DNA of 64,000 nt from Cyanophora paradoxa CCMP329. Its lineage: Eukaryota > Plantae > Glaucophyta. The translations under genes were made by a program, and so were the position numbers. The DNA lies in NCBI GenBank assembly GCA_004431415.1, contig QPMI01000631.1:1-64000 (forward strand), in the 5' to 3' direction. Every line of letters begins with the position of its first letter. Positions within the stretch are counted from its first letter, which is position 1. This document shows positions 23,144 through 35,894 of the stretch, one piece after another. The notes under the pieces are model-generated. The model was not told where the DNA came from and ran no database searches. It saw only the letters and a program-made list of their open reading frames with translations.

Positions 23144-23415
23144 TACCGTCGGGCACTAAATTACTGCGGCGTTAATTAACGCGGTTTCAAAAATGGCCCT
23201 CCTCTGAGCGAAATACCGCGGTACCAAATTAACGCGGTTTTAAAAATTTGAGGCTTGTTTGTATGGGGCAGTAATTTCAGGGGGTACTGTATATGAGGCG
23301 ACTTCTCAGCAGCAAATTACCGCGGCACCAAATTACCGCGTTTTAACAAACTTTTGGCGCGTTAATTTGGTACCGCGTTAGTTAAGTGCCCGCGGTACTG
23401 AAGTGCCCTACGGTA
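23144..23415. mobile_element. TA-flanked MITE-like element(s), Tc1/mariner-pogo style
   Basis: TACCGTCGGGCACT (23144) vs AGTGCCCTACGGTA (ends 23415) is a 13/14 inverted match. An inner end GCAGTAATTTCAGGGGGTACTGTA (ends 23291) mirrors AAATTACTGC. Repeated AAATTA(A/C)CGCG motifs. Confidence 0.55.
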
Positions 23416-25064
23416 GTAGTAGTATCGCCGCATACGTATACTACAGTACCCAGCCTGGGTATGCCACCGGTACCGGCGGCCCACCGGCGGGGGCCACCGC
23501 ACGGCGGCGGGCGGCGGGCGCTGCAGCCTGCAGCCTGCAGCCTGCAGGCTGACCGCACCGTGGCACTGTATGACAGTGTATGTACATGTCACAGCTGCAG
23601 TGTCATTGATGTCAAAGCTTACTAGACTACTACCAGACTGTACCAGTACGCTTTGCAACTTATTTGGATTCATTCAAAACTCCCGAGGCCCCAACCGCGG
23701 CCGCAGTGCCGCCCGGCCGCAGTGCTGCCGCACTACCGTAGTATACGTATACTATGATACTCGGATCCGGTCCATCATCCGGATCCGGAGGTATCTGTAT
23801 ATATCCTATATATTTATATATTCTATTCGGAAATTCCCGTTCAATTGCGCAATTTTAATAAATCGCGTGACGACGGTGACGTCGATCGATCGCGATCGGC
23901 ATGCACATGCAGTCACTGAGTCGACGAAACTTGAAACTCCGGATCCGGTCCGGATCCGACGTCGACGTGATTCCTTGTCATGACTCATGAGTCATGACTC
24001 ATGATCTCAGTGCATCTCACTATACTGCAATTGACCCCGGTGACCGGCGCCGTTATTGCAATTGACGTCATGATCACGCATGATCACGGTCGTCGATTGG
24101 CCAAGTGCGATCGGCGTGGTACCCCCAAAGGAGGGGCCCCAGGGCCCAGACTCTCCGGGCCTCCGGCCCTGAGGCTCCGGGTCCAGGGAGTCCGGGACTC
24201 CGGGTCCTCCGGGATCCGATGATCCGGCGCGGGCCGGGCCGCGCGGCGCCGCCGGTGCGGGCACTGCGGGGCCGCGGCCAACCGTTGAACAATTGCAACC
24301 ATCCCAGCGATATCGATTTCTTGGAGCTGTACAGCCTGTACGGTGCTGTACGGAGCCTGTACCATGTACTACCGTCCTGTACCAGGCTGTACCAGCCTGT
24401 ACGTACCGGTAGCCGCGGCCGCCGCCGCGCGCGGAGCTCGAGCCCAAGTGGACACTGGACACGCAACTCGCGGCGAGTGCGCCGGCATGGCACTGCGGCA
24501 TGCGCAGCGCATCACTCAGCACTGGTAGTCACTGCAGCTGGCTAGCGGAGCCTAGATCTAGAGCTCGTCAAGTTGGCGCGCGGCGCGCGCAGGCCTGCTT
24601 CTGCGAATACTAGACAGTGTCGCAAGACTCAGATATAGAGCTCGCGATATCCGCTGCCCGCGGCCGGCCCTATAGCCGCCGCGAAATGGTGCCGTGGAAT
24701 TGGTACAACTTGACGCGAGCTTGCACGCACTAATCTTCACTGTGCGGGCAGGTGTGGGTTTTGTAGTCTGTCGAGGACGCACGCAGCGTGTCCGAGGACT
24801 GCATTAGAGCATTAATCAGCAGTCTTATATATATATGCCTGTGGTACCGGTGCGCATGCTCGGCGATGAGCTTTGCAAGTTTGTGTTTCGGATTTCGCTA
24901 TATATCTATATGTATAAGTGCTAACGTTTTAACCGCGCGCGTTGCTTGGAATAATGGGTCGTGGCCAAGATGTAAACACACACACACACATATATATATA
25001 CATGCATATGGACCAGTAGTATTTCGCGCCGCGCCTCACATTGTTGGCGTTCGGCGCGCAGGCC

Positions 25065-28000
25065 ATGCATATAGACGCAGAACTTCCCACGGACTCCGAA
25101 TTCGAAGACGCTTCTACGGCCGGGAACGGGAACATCGGCGCCGACAGCCCGTTGGTCCTGACGACGCATGTTTCATTCAGGCGGGCGGCGCCAACAACGG
25201 CGGGCGCATCGAGATCCGGCCGGAAATCTTCGAATTCGGTCGGGAAGTGGCTCAAGGACACGCGGTCACTTGCCGACGAGGTCGAACGGAGCAGGAGTGC
25301 AGCGCGAGAAGCAGGCTTAGGCGCGTTCACGCCTGGCGGCCTTCGCGATCCGCGAAGCTTCGACCCGTACACGCCGGGGGCGCTCTCCGGATCCGCAGCC
25401 TCCAGCGCGCGGCGGATCGCTGCGTTCAACGTGCTCTCGGCCGCCTCCAGCGCATTAGCAGCCGAATCTTTCGTCCCAGACCTGCGCGACGATCGCGAGG
25501 CGCAGGCAACATCGGCGGCCGGTATCTTCTATGAGGACATGGACACCAGCAGACCGCCGCCGGCGCCTGGAGATCCGATCAGCGGCCCTGCATCGCCAGC
25601 TGCGCACCGCGTCTCCGTCGTGTCCGTGCAGGAGGCCGTCCTGCTGCAGTTGGCTGGCCGTTCGCGCCATGGCTCGATGGACGCCGGTGTGGTCTCCGCC
25701 CCTCAGACCGAGGCCCGCGCGGCCACTTTGACCGGAAAGCTCAAGACGAGCAAGTCCACCGGCGCCTACCTCGGGAAGGAGGTCGTCGGCCGCGGCGAGC
25801 GCGCCGAGGGCGAGGTCGTCTCGCGGACGTTCGAGGAGGAATGGGACGAGGCGAGAGGCGCCTTCAGGGGCCGCCTGGGCTCTGGAAGCGCGCTGCTGGA
25901 GCTCGCCGCTAGGAGCAGGGGCTCGCCCGCCCTGCCGCCAGCTCTGAACAGCCGCGACGACTTGCGAGACTCCCCTGCAGCCGATCGCGACGACGCTTTG
26001 AGCGAACGGTGCGATATATTTATATCTCGTTAATATTGGAGTTAATTATATAACGCTTAATATTTATGCTTGCAAATTGACGTCGACATCTACATCTACA
26101 TTTGCTGATTTCGCTCGAGAAGCAGGTCGGGGTCCTGGAAGAGGAGCCCTCGCCCTCTTGCGCTGAGGCCCGGCCAAGTGCAGCCCTCGCCGACCGCGGC
26201 GCGGTCTGCAAGGAAGTGGAGGACGCTCACGCGATCCCGCTTCGTGGGCTGGTGGCACGACATGTCTTTACGGTCGAAGCAGTGTTCTACCATCTTCATG
26301 GCACAAACCGTGCTCCTTGGTGCGCTTTTCTTGTTCAGAGCCTTGCAAAATTGCTCTATTTAATCGCCCAATGCATATGCTCACCGCCACGCGCGCTTTA
26401 TCAGTCGTAATTGGCCTTCTGATATTTGCTTTCTTCAACTGGAGGTGAATCTTCGCTTGATGCGGTGTTCTCGCAACTGGCTCCAAATCCTCTAACCGCT
26501 CCTCATTTTCATTGCTTCCACATCCAGGGTGCCAGAAATTCAGGTGCAGGAACAGGCGAGGCAGGAGCTGTCTCACTTCAAGACCGCCGTAGCCGTGGCG
26601 ATGCGGGATGTGCTTCTTCTCGAGAACTTTGACTTGCATTTCCACACTCTCGTTTTTTGACGAGCGCACTTGCATGTGCAGGCTCGTGATCCGGCGCCGG
26701 CTGACTTTGAAAATGCAATCGACGCGACGTTATTGGAGCTGCTGGAAGGATACGCTGCTGTATACAGGATACCCAACTTGCTGTCTACAGATCGACTGCC
26801 GCAGCTGGCATCATCGATGTTGGTTGAGGACGCGAAACGTAAGCTTTTCACGCTTCGAATGGATTTTCGCAGCTTTTTTTTGACACCTTGAATCTACGTC
26901 GTTTGTGCGCGCAGTCAAACGAAACGTCGAGATCGCGAATGATGTTCTGCGGGCACTGTTGTCTCAAATCGCTGAGGGAGCGACGCGGGCGGAGAGCAGG
27001 TGGAGCGCGGTCCGTGAAGAGATGTTGGTGTTGGCCACCATGCACAGCAGCGCCTCAGGCTCGCTCCTCGTGGTGCGGCATTTCGAAAACATGTTAAATT
27101 TTCCTATAGCTACCGCCTGTGCCTTAAAATATGTTTTCCTATAGCTACCGCCTGTGCGTTGTTGGTCATGAGTTCCTCCTGCCGCAGATTCGAGGCACGC
27201 GCACTCTGGCTGCAGCGGATTCAACGCGGCGGGCGTTGTTCGTTGCAATCTGCATCGCCTTGCCCGTGCTCCTTGTTGTCAGCGGGGTGATGGCTTTCTT
27301 GCTTGGCCACGCGCTAGTCAAACCCATTCGGCGCCTGCAAGGTACTTTATAAATTAGCCTATTATCGTGCTTGAGCTCACTAAACGCTCTTCGCGGCCCG
27401 CTGCCGGAGCTCGCGAAGTCCAACTAGACGTCGTGCTCTTTCGCAAATGCGCAGCTACCGTCCAAGCGCTCGCTGGCTTTGACGGCACCCAAGGAAGATC
27501 TTACGAGTATCATTCTAAGGTCCGCGTCGGATCCGTGGGGCCACTTGATAGCGCCTCCACATATATATGCTGGGTTGCCATGGCCGACGTGTGCGCGCGC
27601 AGCTTCCCGGGACCGGAACACGCGCGGTCGTCGAATCTGGAGACGAGATCGGGCGCCTGGCGTTTGCCTTCAATGGACTCCTGGACCGCGTCGACGAGGT
27701 AGCGAAATCGATCTTCCCTTACAGGGTGTGGCGGCATCTAACCATCTCGTGATGACCAGGCTTGGAAGGACATTCGAGGCTTGTTAAAGAAGGCGGCGAT
27801 CCAAGAATTCCGCGCTCGGCAGATCATGGACACGGCAAACGACGCGGTGGTGCGCATTTATACAACTTCTGCGAAATACCAATCGAACACTTACACGGTC
27901 GCACGCATGCGCATCCGGTCATAGATTCTAATCAACGGAGATTCAGTCATACAGTCCCTCAATGGGACCTTCACCGATGTCTTTGGCTATACGGTGCGCT

Positions 28001-31000
28001 ATTGTCCGCGATCGCAGTACTATAGCTAGTCAGTGCATCCGCGGATCGACGGTCTTACTCCGTCGATCATCCCAAACGCAGGCAGACGACCTGGTTGGGA
28101 AGAAGATCAACGTGATCATGCCGCGCCGCTATGCCGACCACCACGGTGCCTTTATCTTCTTCGATGCGCTCACTTCGTTTAATTCGCTTATTCCTAACTC
28201 GCTGCTGTTTTCACAGAGGGCTACGTGAGGCGGTACCTGGACACGGGGGAGAGCCACATCCTGGGGACCATCCGCGAGGTGGAGGCGCTCCACAAGGACG
28301 GCCACGAGTTTCCCGTCGAGCTCTCCATGTCGTGCGCCCGGCCCTTTCGTTGACAAGTCCCGATGCGGAACGAGCAAAGCTTAAGCTTACGCTGCCGCGC
28401 AGGGAGATGATCATCGGCAGCGAGCACTTGTGCGTTGGCTTCGGCCGCGGTCTGGATTCAGATCCGGTCGCATTCACACGCCGCGAATTCCGAACCTGAT
28501 CATGACGCACCCGCCCGCGTCCGCCCGCCCGCGCGCAGCTTCGTCGGCATGCTGCGGAACATATCGGCGCGCAAGGACATGGAGGCGGCCCTGAGGAAGC
28601 AGCGCTCGAAGACGCTCGCGCTGCTTCGGAACATGCTGCCGCCCCGCATCGCGCAGCGGCTGATGGACTCGCCCAACGAGAGCATCGCCGACCGCTGCGA
28701 GAACGTCACCATCCTCTTCGCGGATCTCGGTGCGTTCGCCCTATAGCTAACATCGTGTCGCGTTGGCTTTTGACGCTAGCGCCGTGCGCTTCAGCGGGCT
28801 TCACGCCGCTGGCGGGGAGCATGGACGCCGGCGCGCTCGTCTCGCTCCTGAACGCGATCTTCTCCGAGTTCGACGTCCTGGCTGCCCAGTACCAGGTCGA
28901 GAAGATCAAGACCATCGTGCGCCGCCTCTTTGATTTCCTACAATGGCATCAGAGTTCTGCACTACAGCTGCACACGTGCACGAAGCGAATTGAAGTCGGC
29001 TCGGGGGACGCCATCGGCGCAGGGGGACGCCATCATGTGCGCGGCGGGGCTGCGGGACACGACGGAGCGCCCGATGAGCGCGGACGGCGGCGCTGACGTC
29101 GACGGCGGGAGCGGCCTGGAGCGGATGGCGGTGCGTTGAACCTCAATCTGCCACGGCCGCCGACGCGCGCGCGCGCTTCTCGGGTTCTGACGAATGCGTA
29201 CGTATACCGCGGCGCAGCGCATGGCGCTGGAAATGCACGGCGTCGTCGAACAGCGGAAGGACGCGCAAGGGCGACCGCTGAAGCTTCGCATCGGCATCCA
29301 CCACGGCGTTGTCGTTGCCGGGTGCGCTGAATTGGACGCGCCGTTTCAGGCCTAGGCCCTTCTGAGGAGCGAGCCCGGCTTATGCATATGGTCCTCCGGA
29401 TCCTTGCAGGGTGATTGGCAAGAAGAAGTTCTTGTTCGACCTGGTCCGTACACGATTTGCTCACATATGCATATATGAATTGTCTATTTGCTCGGAGTGT
29501 AGCCTCTGAGCTGATCGTGCGGCCCTCTTGCAATGTTCAGTGGGGCGACGACGTGAACATCGCGAGGTATTATTATATACATTTATTATTACCGGCGCCG
29601 GCCGCTGCCTCTGGCGTCGCGGAATGTTTACGTTGCGCTCACGCTGACTTCGCGGTAACAGCCGCCTGGAGAGCTCGGGCGTGCCGGGAAAGACGCAGGT
29701 CAGCAAAGAAGTCTACGACCGCCTGAAGGACTCGCGGCTCTTCACGTTCGGTTCGCGCGGACTCTGACTTTGAATGAACGAATTTGAGCTAATCGGCGAC
29801 TCGTCATCGACAGAGGAGCGCGGTGCCATTCCCATCAAAGGCAAAGGAGGCGAGCGCGTTTGTTGCAAGTGCAAACGCTTCCATGCAGTCTAATTTGCTG
29901 ACCGAGTCGCGCAGATATGCAGGCGTACCTTCTCTCGACGGGACCGGCTTTCCGCCGGCTGAAATCGCCTGTTTCGGTGAATGGAGGTCTGGGCCGCTCG
30001 CCCAGGTGAGCCAATTGATTCAGTTTGCGTCGCAAGGCTGAGCGTCGTTTAACGAATTATTCGCAGCATGTCTGCCCAGCTAACGAGCATAAACAAGTCG
30101 ATCGTCTCAGCCTGGCAGGTCGGTGATGTCAAATTTGTGATTCTCCCCACGAGCTGCGTTCCGACGGAGTCCGCCGGTGCCGCAGGAGCTTCGCAGCGTC
30201 GCCATGAACAGCGACAACGCTGCGTTCTCGGAGGGGCTCCCGTCGCCCCGCGCGGCGGCCAAGCCCACGGCATCGCGGCGCCACAAGGCGCGCCGGGAGA
30301 CGATCCTGCGGCTCGACCTGGCGAGCATCTCGGTGTTCGACCTGAGGGAGGAGGACGGCGCCGCCCTCTTCCGCCGCCTCGTCGAGGACCTCGAGGTGCA
30401 TTATAAGAACCAAAGCCATTATTTCAATATCGTTCGTGTTGTTGTTGTATGTATCGGAATATCTTAATCGCGCCGCCAGCTGCACAAGACGCTCGGGCTG
30501 GACCTGAACATGGTCGAGGAGCTCGCGGCGCAGGCCCTTGCCGACCACCGCGACGTGCCGTACCACAACCGGCTCCACGCCATGGACGTCTCGCTCACGA
30601 CGCACTCGCTGCTGAAGAGCTGCAAGGCTTTGCCGTCTGGATCTGCCGCCGGCACCGCGGCCGACGCGGAGCAGCACCTGCAGCTGCCCAACGCCGTTGC
30701 TGTCGTCCCCGAGTTCCAGTTGACGGAGATCGACCGCCTCGCGCTTATGCTCGCCGCCGTGTGCCACGGTGCGCCGCGCCGATACCCATGGCCATCGATT
30801 GCTGCGCGCCAGTCGGGGGAAACAAACGTTGACGGGATCCACCGCAGACCTCGACCACCCGGGCCTCCTCGCAAAGCGCCCCGACCCGCAGACCCCGACC
30901 TCCTACGACGCCGCCGCGAAGCTCGAGAAGTCGTTCCGGGACCGCCCGCAGAGCCGCAAGTCGCTCGAGGCGCACCACGCGAACCGCTGCGTCGAGCTGC

Positions 31001-32208
31001 TCGAGAGGCACCTCCGGGCCATCGCCCCCTCCCTCATCGACTCGGAGATCCTCCACATCCAAAAGGCGCGAGCGAAACCGTTTCGCAACATAAGGATATA
31101 TACAAGTTCTGAACGCGCGCGCGCGCGCGGCCGCGCAGATCGCGCTGGAGGGCATCTTAGACACGAACATGGAGATCCACGAGGTGAATTCGCACACAAC
31201 AATCACGCTAGCGCTGGTCACCGGGTTCCGGCGTTAACGTTGAAATTCGCCTCCTCAGGACTTCATGAGCCGCTTCAAGCAGTTCTTCGCGCTCGAATCA
31301 CCGCGGAAACACGTGCACGCGCACGCGGGCGCCGGCGCCGGCGCCGGGACCCCTGGACGGGCGGCCATAGCCAGCCACAGGGCCGAGCTCGAGCTCGACG
31401 CCGGGCACGACGCGCATGTGCACGCGGGCGAGGACCAGAGTTTGAGCGACACTGGCGTCGTGGCCGCGGGTGCCATCATGCAGCACTTGAACGTGGACGC
31501 CGGATCGACCCTCGAGCTCGAGCTCGAGGCCGGCCGCGCGTACGGCCACGTGGACGAGGCGGAGCGCCAGTACGCCGGCCGCCAGCTCCTCTGCGGTGCC
31601 ATCCTCAAGGTCGCCGATCTCGGGTGCGCTCTTTAGTATAATTTCTTCGGATGAGATATTGAAGCTTAAGCTTTCTGCATTTCTTTCTTTCCAACGCCAA
31701 CGCCGTCCCGCCCCGGCAGGAACGCGGCGCGGCCGTTCGCGGACGCGCGGCGCTGGGCGCGGCGCATCGTGCTGGAGCTGGGGCTCGCGTCCGCGGCCGG
31801 GACGGGCGGCGAGGCGACGACCCTGTCCCCCGACGCCGACCTCTCCGCAGAGGGCCCTCTGGCGGACGAAGCGCTCGCCGGGCCGCAGGGTAATAACTAT
31901 TTATCTTCCATCTCTATAAGATTTACCTACCATTTGCCCAATAATAAACGTTCGAATGAAAGTTTGAATTCTTCTTGTGCAGACTCGTTCCTCCGCGGAG
32001 TGGCCTTACCCCTCTTCGAAACCGTGGCCCGCATCCTCCCCGAGGTACGCGTACTTACTTTAACACGCGGCTCTAATTTGATTCATTCAGCCTTTTTATA
32101 TGTGACGCCGCGCTCGCTCGCTCGCAGGGCGTACGCCCGATGCTCGAGCGCGCGACAGTGAACGCAGACGCGTGGCGCTCCCTCAAAGGAGAGCCGAATT
32201 CGAATTGA
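25065..32208 (+). CDS. Membrane sensor-HAMP-PAS-adenylyl cyclase-class I phosphodiesterase fusion protein (multi-intron)
   Basis: TM ALFVAICIALPVLLVVSGVMAFLLG + HAMP (LVKPIRRLQ..GDEIGRLAFAFNGLL), PAS (DLVGKKINVIMP..HKDGHEFPVEL..FVGMLRNI). Cyclase VTILFADL, VEKIKTIGD, FDLWGDDVNIASRLES. PDE YHNRLHAMDV, CHDLDHPG, LEAHH, LKVADLGN, PQ-SFL. Start is approximate. Confidence 0.88.
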
Positions 32209-32813
32209 GAATTGAGTCGTCAATCCTTCCTTTCTATATATATGTATATATGAGATTTAGACGAACAGTAGTCGTCAATCCTTCGAATTCCTTTCTATGA
32301 TTTAGACGTAGGCTTCCGTCCACTGGCAGTTCTTTCGTATCCGCAGCAATCGCATTTAAGTATATATATATATGCATGTTTTTTGCGGCATGCATCTATA
32401 TGCATCAATATCGATGATGTTCATGATGTTAGGATGTAGTTTCAGTGAGCGGCAGATTTCCATCGTATATATCTGAAGCTTAAAAGCTTGTTCACGCGTA
32501 CGCTGTCGGCTGTCGTACTATATGTAACTAATTATAAATATCTTAAGTTTCCATTTTCTCTAGATCTTCCGAGTTCTCTTCACGGTTCACTTCAAGACTT
32601 CGTCTGTGGCACATCGATAAACATAGCCTCGTGCTTGCATGGCTTGTAATATTTTTCTATCGGGCCTGTTATTCGTTCCGCATCTCAGTGCTTGTATAGA
32701 TATCCGAAAATTGGCGTCTCTTTTTTTTTTGGTGAATTACCGGCCACAGTCTCTAGACACCAGCACTGCGGGGGCTGCCCAGGGGGCATAGAGACAAAAA
32801 AGCAAAATAACTA

Positions 32814-34826
32814 GCAGACCGCGCCCGGCCCAGTGCAAGTGCAGCAAGTGCGGGCCGCGCGCGGAGGTGCAAGGGGGGGTACTTGTACACATTGCAGGGT
32901 ACTTGGGGGAGGGGGGGGGGGGGGCAGAGATCTAGAGGCAGGGCGGGCGGCCGGGCGAGGCGGCCGGGGTGGCGAGGCGGCCGGGTGGGGTGGCGAGGCG
33001 GACGGTTGGGGTGGCGAGGCGGGCGGATGGGGTGGCGAGGCGGGCGGCGGCACCAGGCTGGCGGGCAGGCGAGGGCGGCGGGGGGCGGGGAAGCGGGAGG
33101 ACAGACAGGTGGCGCCGGGCCCTGCGCATAGCCTGCACATACGCAGAGCCGAGGCGTCAGCTCGCCCCGGACAGCGGCCGTGCGGGGGCGGGGCCCAGCG
33201 GGGGCGGCCGGGCCAGGTGCGCAGCAGCAGCGGCGGAGCGAACCTGGAGTCGACGACGCTGAGGCAGCCGGCAGGGCGGCGGGTGGGGAAGCGGGAGGAC
33301 AGACAGGTTGCGCCGGGCCCTGCGCATAGCCTGCACATACGCAGAGCCGAGGCGTCAGCTCGCCCCAGACAGCGGCCGTGCGGGGGCGGGGCCCAGCGGG
33401 GGCGGCCGGGCCAGGTGCACAGCAGCAGCGGCGGAGCGAACCTGGAGTCGACGACGCTGAGGCAGCCGGCAGGGCGGCGGGCGGGGAAGCGGGCGGAGGG
33501 GCAGGTGGCGCCGGGCCCTGCGCATAGCCTGCACATACGCAGAGCCGAGGCGTCAGCTCGCCCCGGACAGCGGCCGTGCGGGGGCGGGGCCCAGCGGCGG
33601 CGGTCGGGTGAGATGCGCAGCAGCAGCCTGGCAGCGGCGGGGCGAACCTGGAGCCGACGAAGCTGAGGCAGCCGGCGGGGAAGCCGGCGGAGCGACAGGT
33701 GACCAGGCACTGCGCACAGCCTGCGCAGGGCCAAGGCGTCAGCTCGCGCCAGACAGCGGTGGCGGGGCCAAGCGGTGGCGGCAGGGTGAGGTGCGCAGCA
33801 TTAGCGGCGCGCCGACCAGCGGCGGCGGCCGGGCGAGATGCACAGCAGCAGCGGCGGGGCGAACCTGGAGTCGACGAAGCTGAGGCAGCCGGCGGGGCGG
33901 CGGGCGCGGAAGCGGGCGGAGCGGCAGGTGGCGCCGGGCCCTGCGCATAGCATGCGCAGATCTACAGCCGCGGCCGAGGCGCGCGTCAGCTCGCGGCGTG
34001 TCCTGGAGAGCAGCGCGAATACTTGCGAAGCCGTCATCATCTGCTACGGATCGCTGGCCGCGGGTCAACATACGCGCATGCATATGTGCGCGTGGCGCCG
34101 AGCTAGCGCGCTGGCCGTACTTGCTCACCGGCATGACAGCTCGTCGTAACTGAACTTGAGCTTGAACCGGCCGCGGAGTCCGTCAGAAACCGAGAGCGTA
34201 GGCGGCTCGAGGACGCAGCCGGAAGCGCACCGGAACGCGGCGTCGCTGGCGCCTTCATCCGTCCGCGCCCCCGGCGCGGACGTGGTCACACGCCCCCGGA
34301 CGTGGTCACGGACGCTTCGGCTGCTTGAAGTGCTTCCCGCATCATTGCGATCAACATCGCTTGCTCTTATGCGCCATGGCGGCCTACGCTGTTGTACCCA
34401 GCATGCGGCGTCCATTCCCCCCTGCTCCATTCCCCCCAAGCGGCGTACGGGTACTGCAACACGATTTCGGCGCCAAACTCTCAGGAGCGCTTTTTTCCGG
34501 CGCCCGGTACAACAGGTACTTGAGGCGGTCTAGCGCGCCGCACGCCGCTTCTCGAGCCCGGGCATGTATGACAAAGTTTGTAGAGCGCATCGAGAGCAAT
34601 CATGAGCACGTGGTCCGGCGCGTATAGCAACAGCAGGTGAGGCGCGACCTCGACATGTTTGCGCAGCCCCGCCCCTGCATTTTTTTCCGCCGCTCGCAGC
34701 GGCTACGATGCGATCACACCTATACGAGAGCGCATGCAAAGAATCGCATCTTACAAAAATTGCTAACACAGAAAGTACGCCGCACCAACTCACCAGGGGA
34801 GCAAGGGAGGGGGTACCCCCCCTTGC
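32814..34826. mobile_element. Unclassified non-autonomous insertion with 5-bp TSD and asymmetric inverted repeats
   Basis: TSD AACTA at 32809-32813 / 34827-34831. GCAAGGGGGGGTAC (32869-32882) is inverted at 34813-34826. The right end is a near-palindrome (34801-34826). Confidence 0.75.
33085..33960. repeat. 198-bp GC-rich tandem repeat, ~4 copies, inside the 2-kb insertion
   Basis: CCTGCGCATAGCCTGCACATACGCAGAGCCGAGG at 33121, 33319 and 33517, with degenerate copies near 33710 and 33940. Confidence 0.9.
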
Positions 34827-35548
34827 AACTAAGACAAGAGCACGAAGAAAGATAAGACAAAGAGCCAAAATCGACAATAAGAAAGGAAAGACACAGAGCT
34901 CGAGACAGATCGATTGCGAGAAGAGACGATAAATCGAGCAGATCTAGGGACAGAGGATAACTGACACGAAGAAGAGCCAGAGCTAGAGGATAACTGACAC
35001 GAAGAAGAGCCAGAGCTAGAGATACCATCAATATTAGAAGGAATTACATCACTAAGAAGCGGGGGACAAAATTGAGAAAGATAAATAACAGGAAGAAGAC
35101 AAGTAAGAGGAACAACAAGACGACATGGAGGCGGAGGCGAAGCAGGACGATGCGAAAGGGCAGAGCTACGGCACGAGGTCGAGGAGGACACAGGAGGCGG
35201 AGCAGGCGGATCAAGAGCGTCTCATTTGGCCGCCACGCGTATATATACGTACCTAGGCCTGGGCACCCAGCGTGGTGCCGGTACGCTTTCCGTGCGCATG
35301 CTCAAGCACAGCGTTGAGATCGAAGATCATCGAGCATCGCGAGCCTCAAAAAAAAGAGTGCTGGGAGCTCCCCACTCCGATCCAGCTGCAGATCTAGAGG
35401 GGCCGGGGGCCGGGGCTCGCAATCGGGATACGCGGCCGGATCATGATCAGCGGCTTCATACGCGGCCGGATCCGGAGGCGACGGTTATTTTCAATTGCAA
35501 ATGAATTTATATATATAATTAACTTAGAAAAATCGACGTCGACATGCA

Positions 35549-35752
35549 GAGGCTGTGTCTTTCCTTTCTTATTGTCGATTTTGGCTCTTTGTCTTATCTT
35601 TCTTCGTGCTCTTGTCTTAGTTATTTTGCTTTTTTGTCTCTATGCCCCCTGGGCAGCCCCCGCAGTGCTGGTGTCTAGAGACTGTGGCCGGTAATTCACC
35701 AAAAAAAAAAAATGCAGAGGCTGTGGCCGGTAATTCACCAAAAAAAAAAAAA
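35549..35752 (+). mobile_element. Two nested short copies of the same poly(A)-tailed retroelement 3' end
   Basis: CTGTGGCCGGTAATTCACC(A)n occurs twice. Outer TSD GACATGCA (35541-35548 / 35753-35760); inner duplication TGCAGAGGCTGTG (35545-35557 / 35713-35725). Confidence 0.85.
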
Positions 35753-35894
35753 GACATGCATGCACACCACCGGGGGGGGGGGGGGGGGGCTTCATCACGA
35801 GCGGGGTACTGAACTCTCGTTGTCTGGCGACAGTGCCGCGCGGCACGTATACGTATGCCGCGACTGTAGCGTGCAGCACGTGAGCGAGATATCG

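Larger units (their letters stand above)
32721..35216 (-). mobile_element. 5'-truncated non-LTR retrotransposon (LINE/SINE) 3' end, interrupted by a 2-kb insertion
   Basis: Poly-T at 32721-32730 and 7-bp TSD GCGTCTC at 32714-32720 / 35217-35223. Segments 32731-32813 + 34832-34896 are contiguous in the + copy at 35553-35700. Confidence 0.85.

Noticed and set aside
13187-32208. Guanylyl cyclase assignment for the two cyclases
   Set aside because: Both have Lys and Asp at the specificity positions rather than Glu and Cys.
32811-33734. Repeat proteins of 277-307 aa with 66-aa units on both strands
   Set aside because: A by-product of a stop-free 198-bp GC-rich tandem repeat; no protein-like composition.
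32721-35712. Long inverted repeats suggesting a single TIR or DIRS element
   Set aside because: Better explained as independent, oppositely oriented poly(A)-tailed copies, each with its own TSD.
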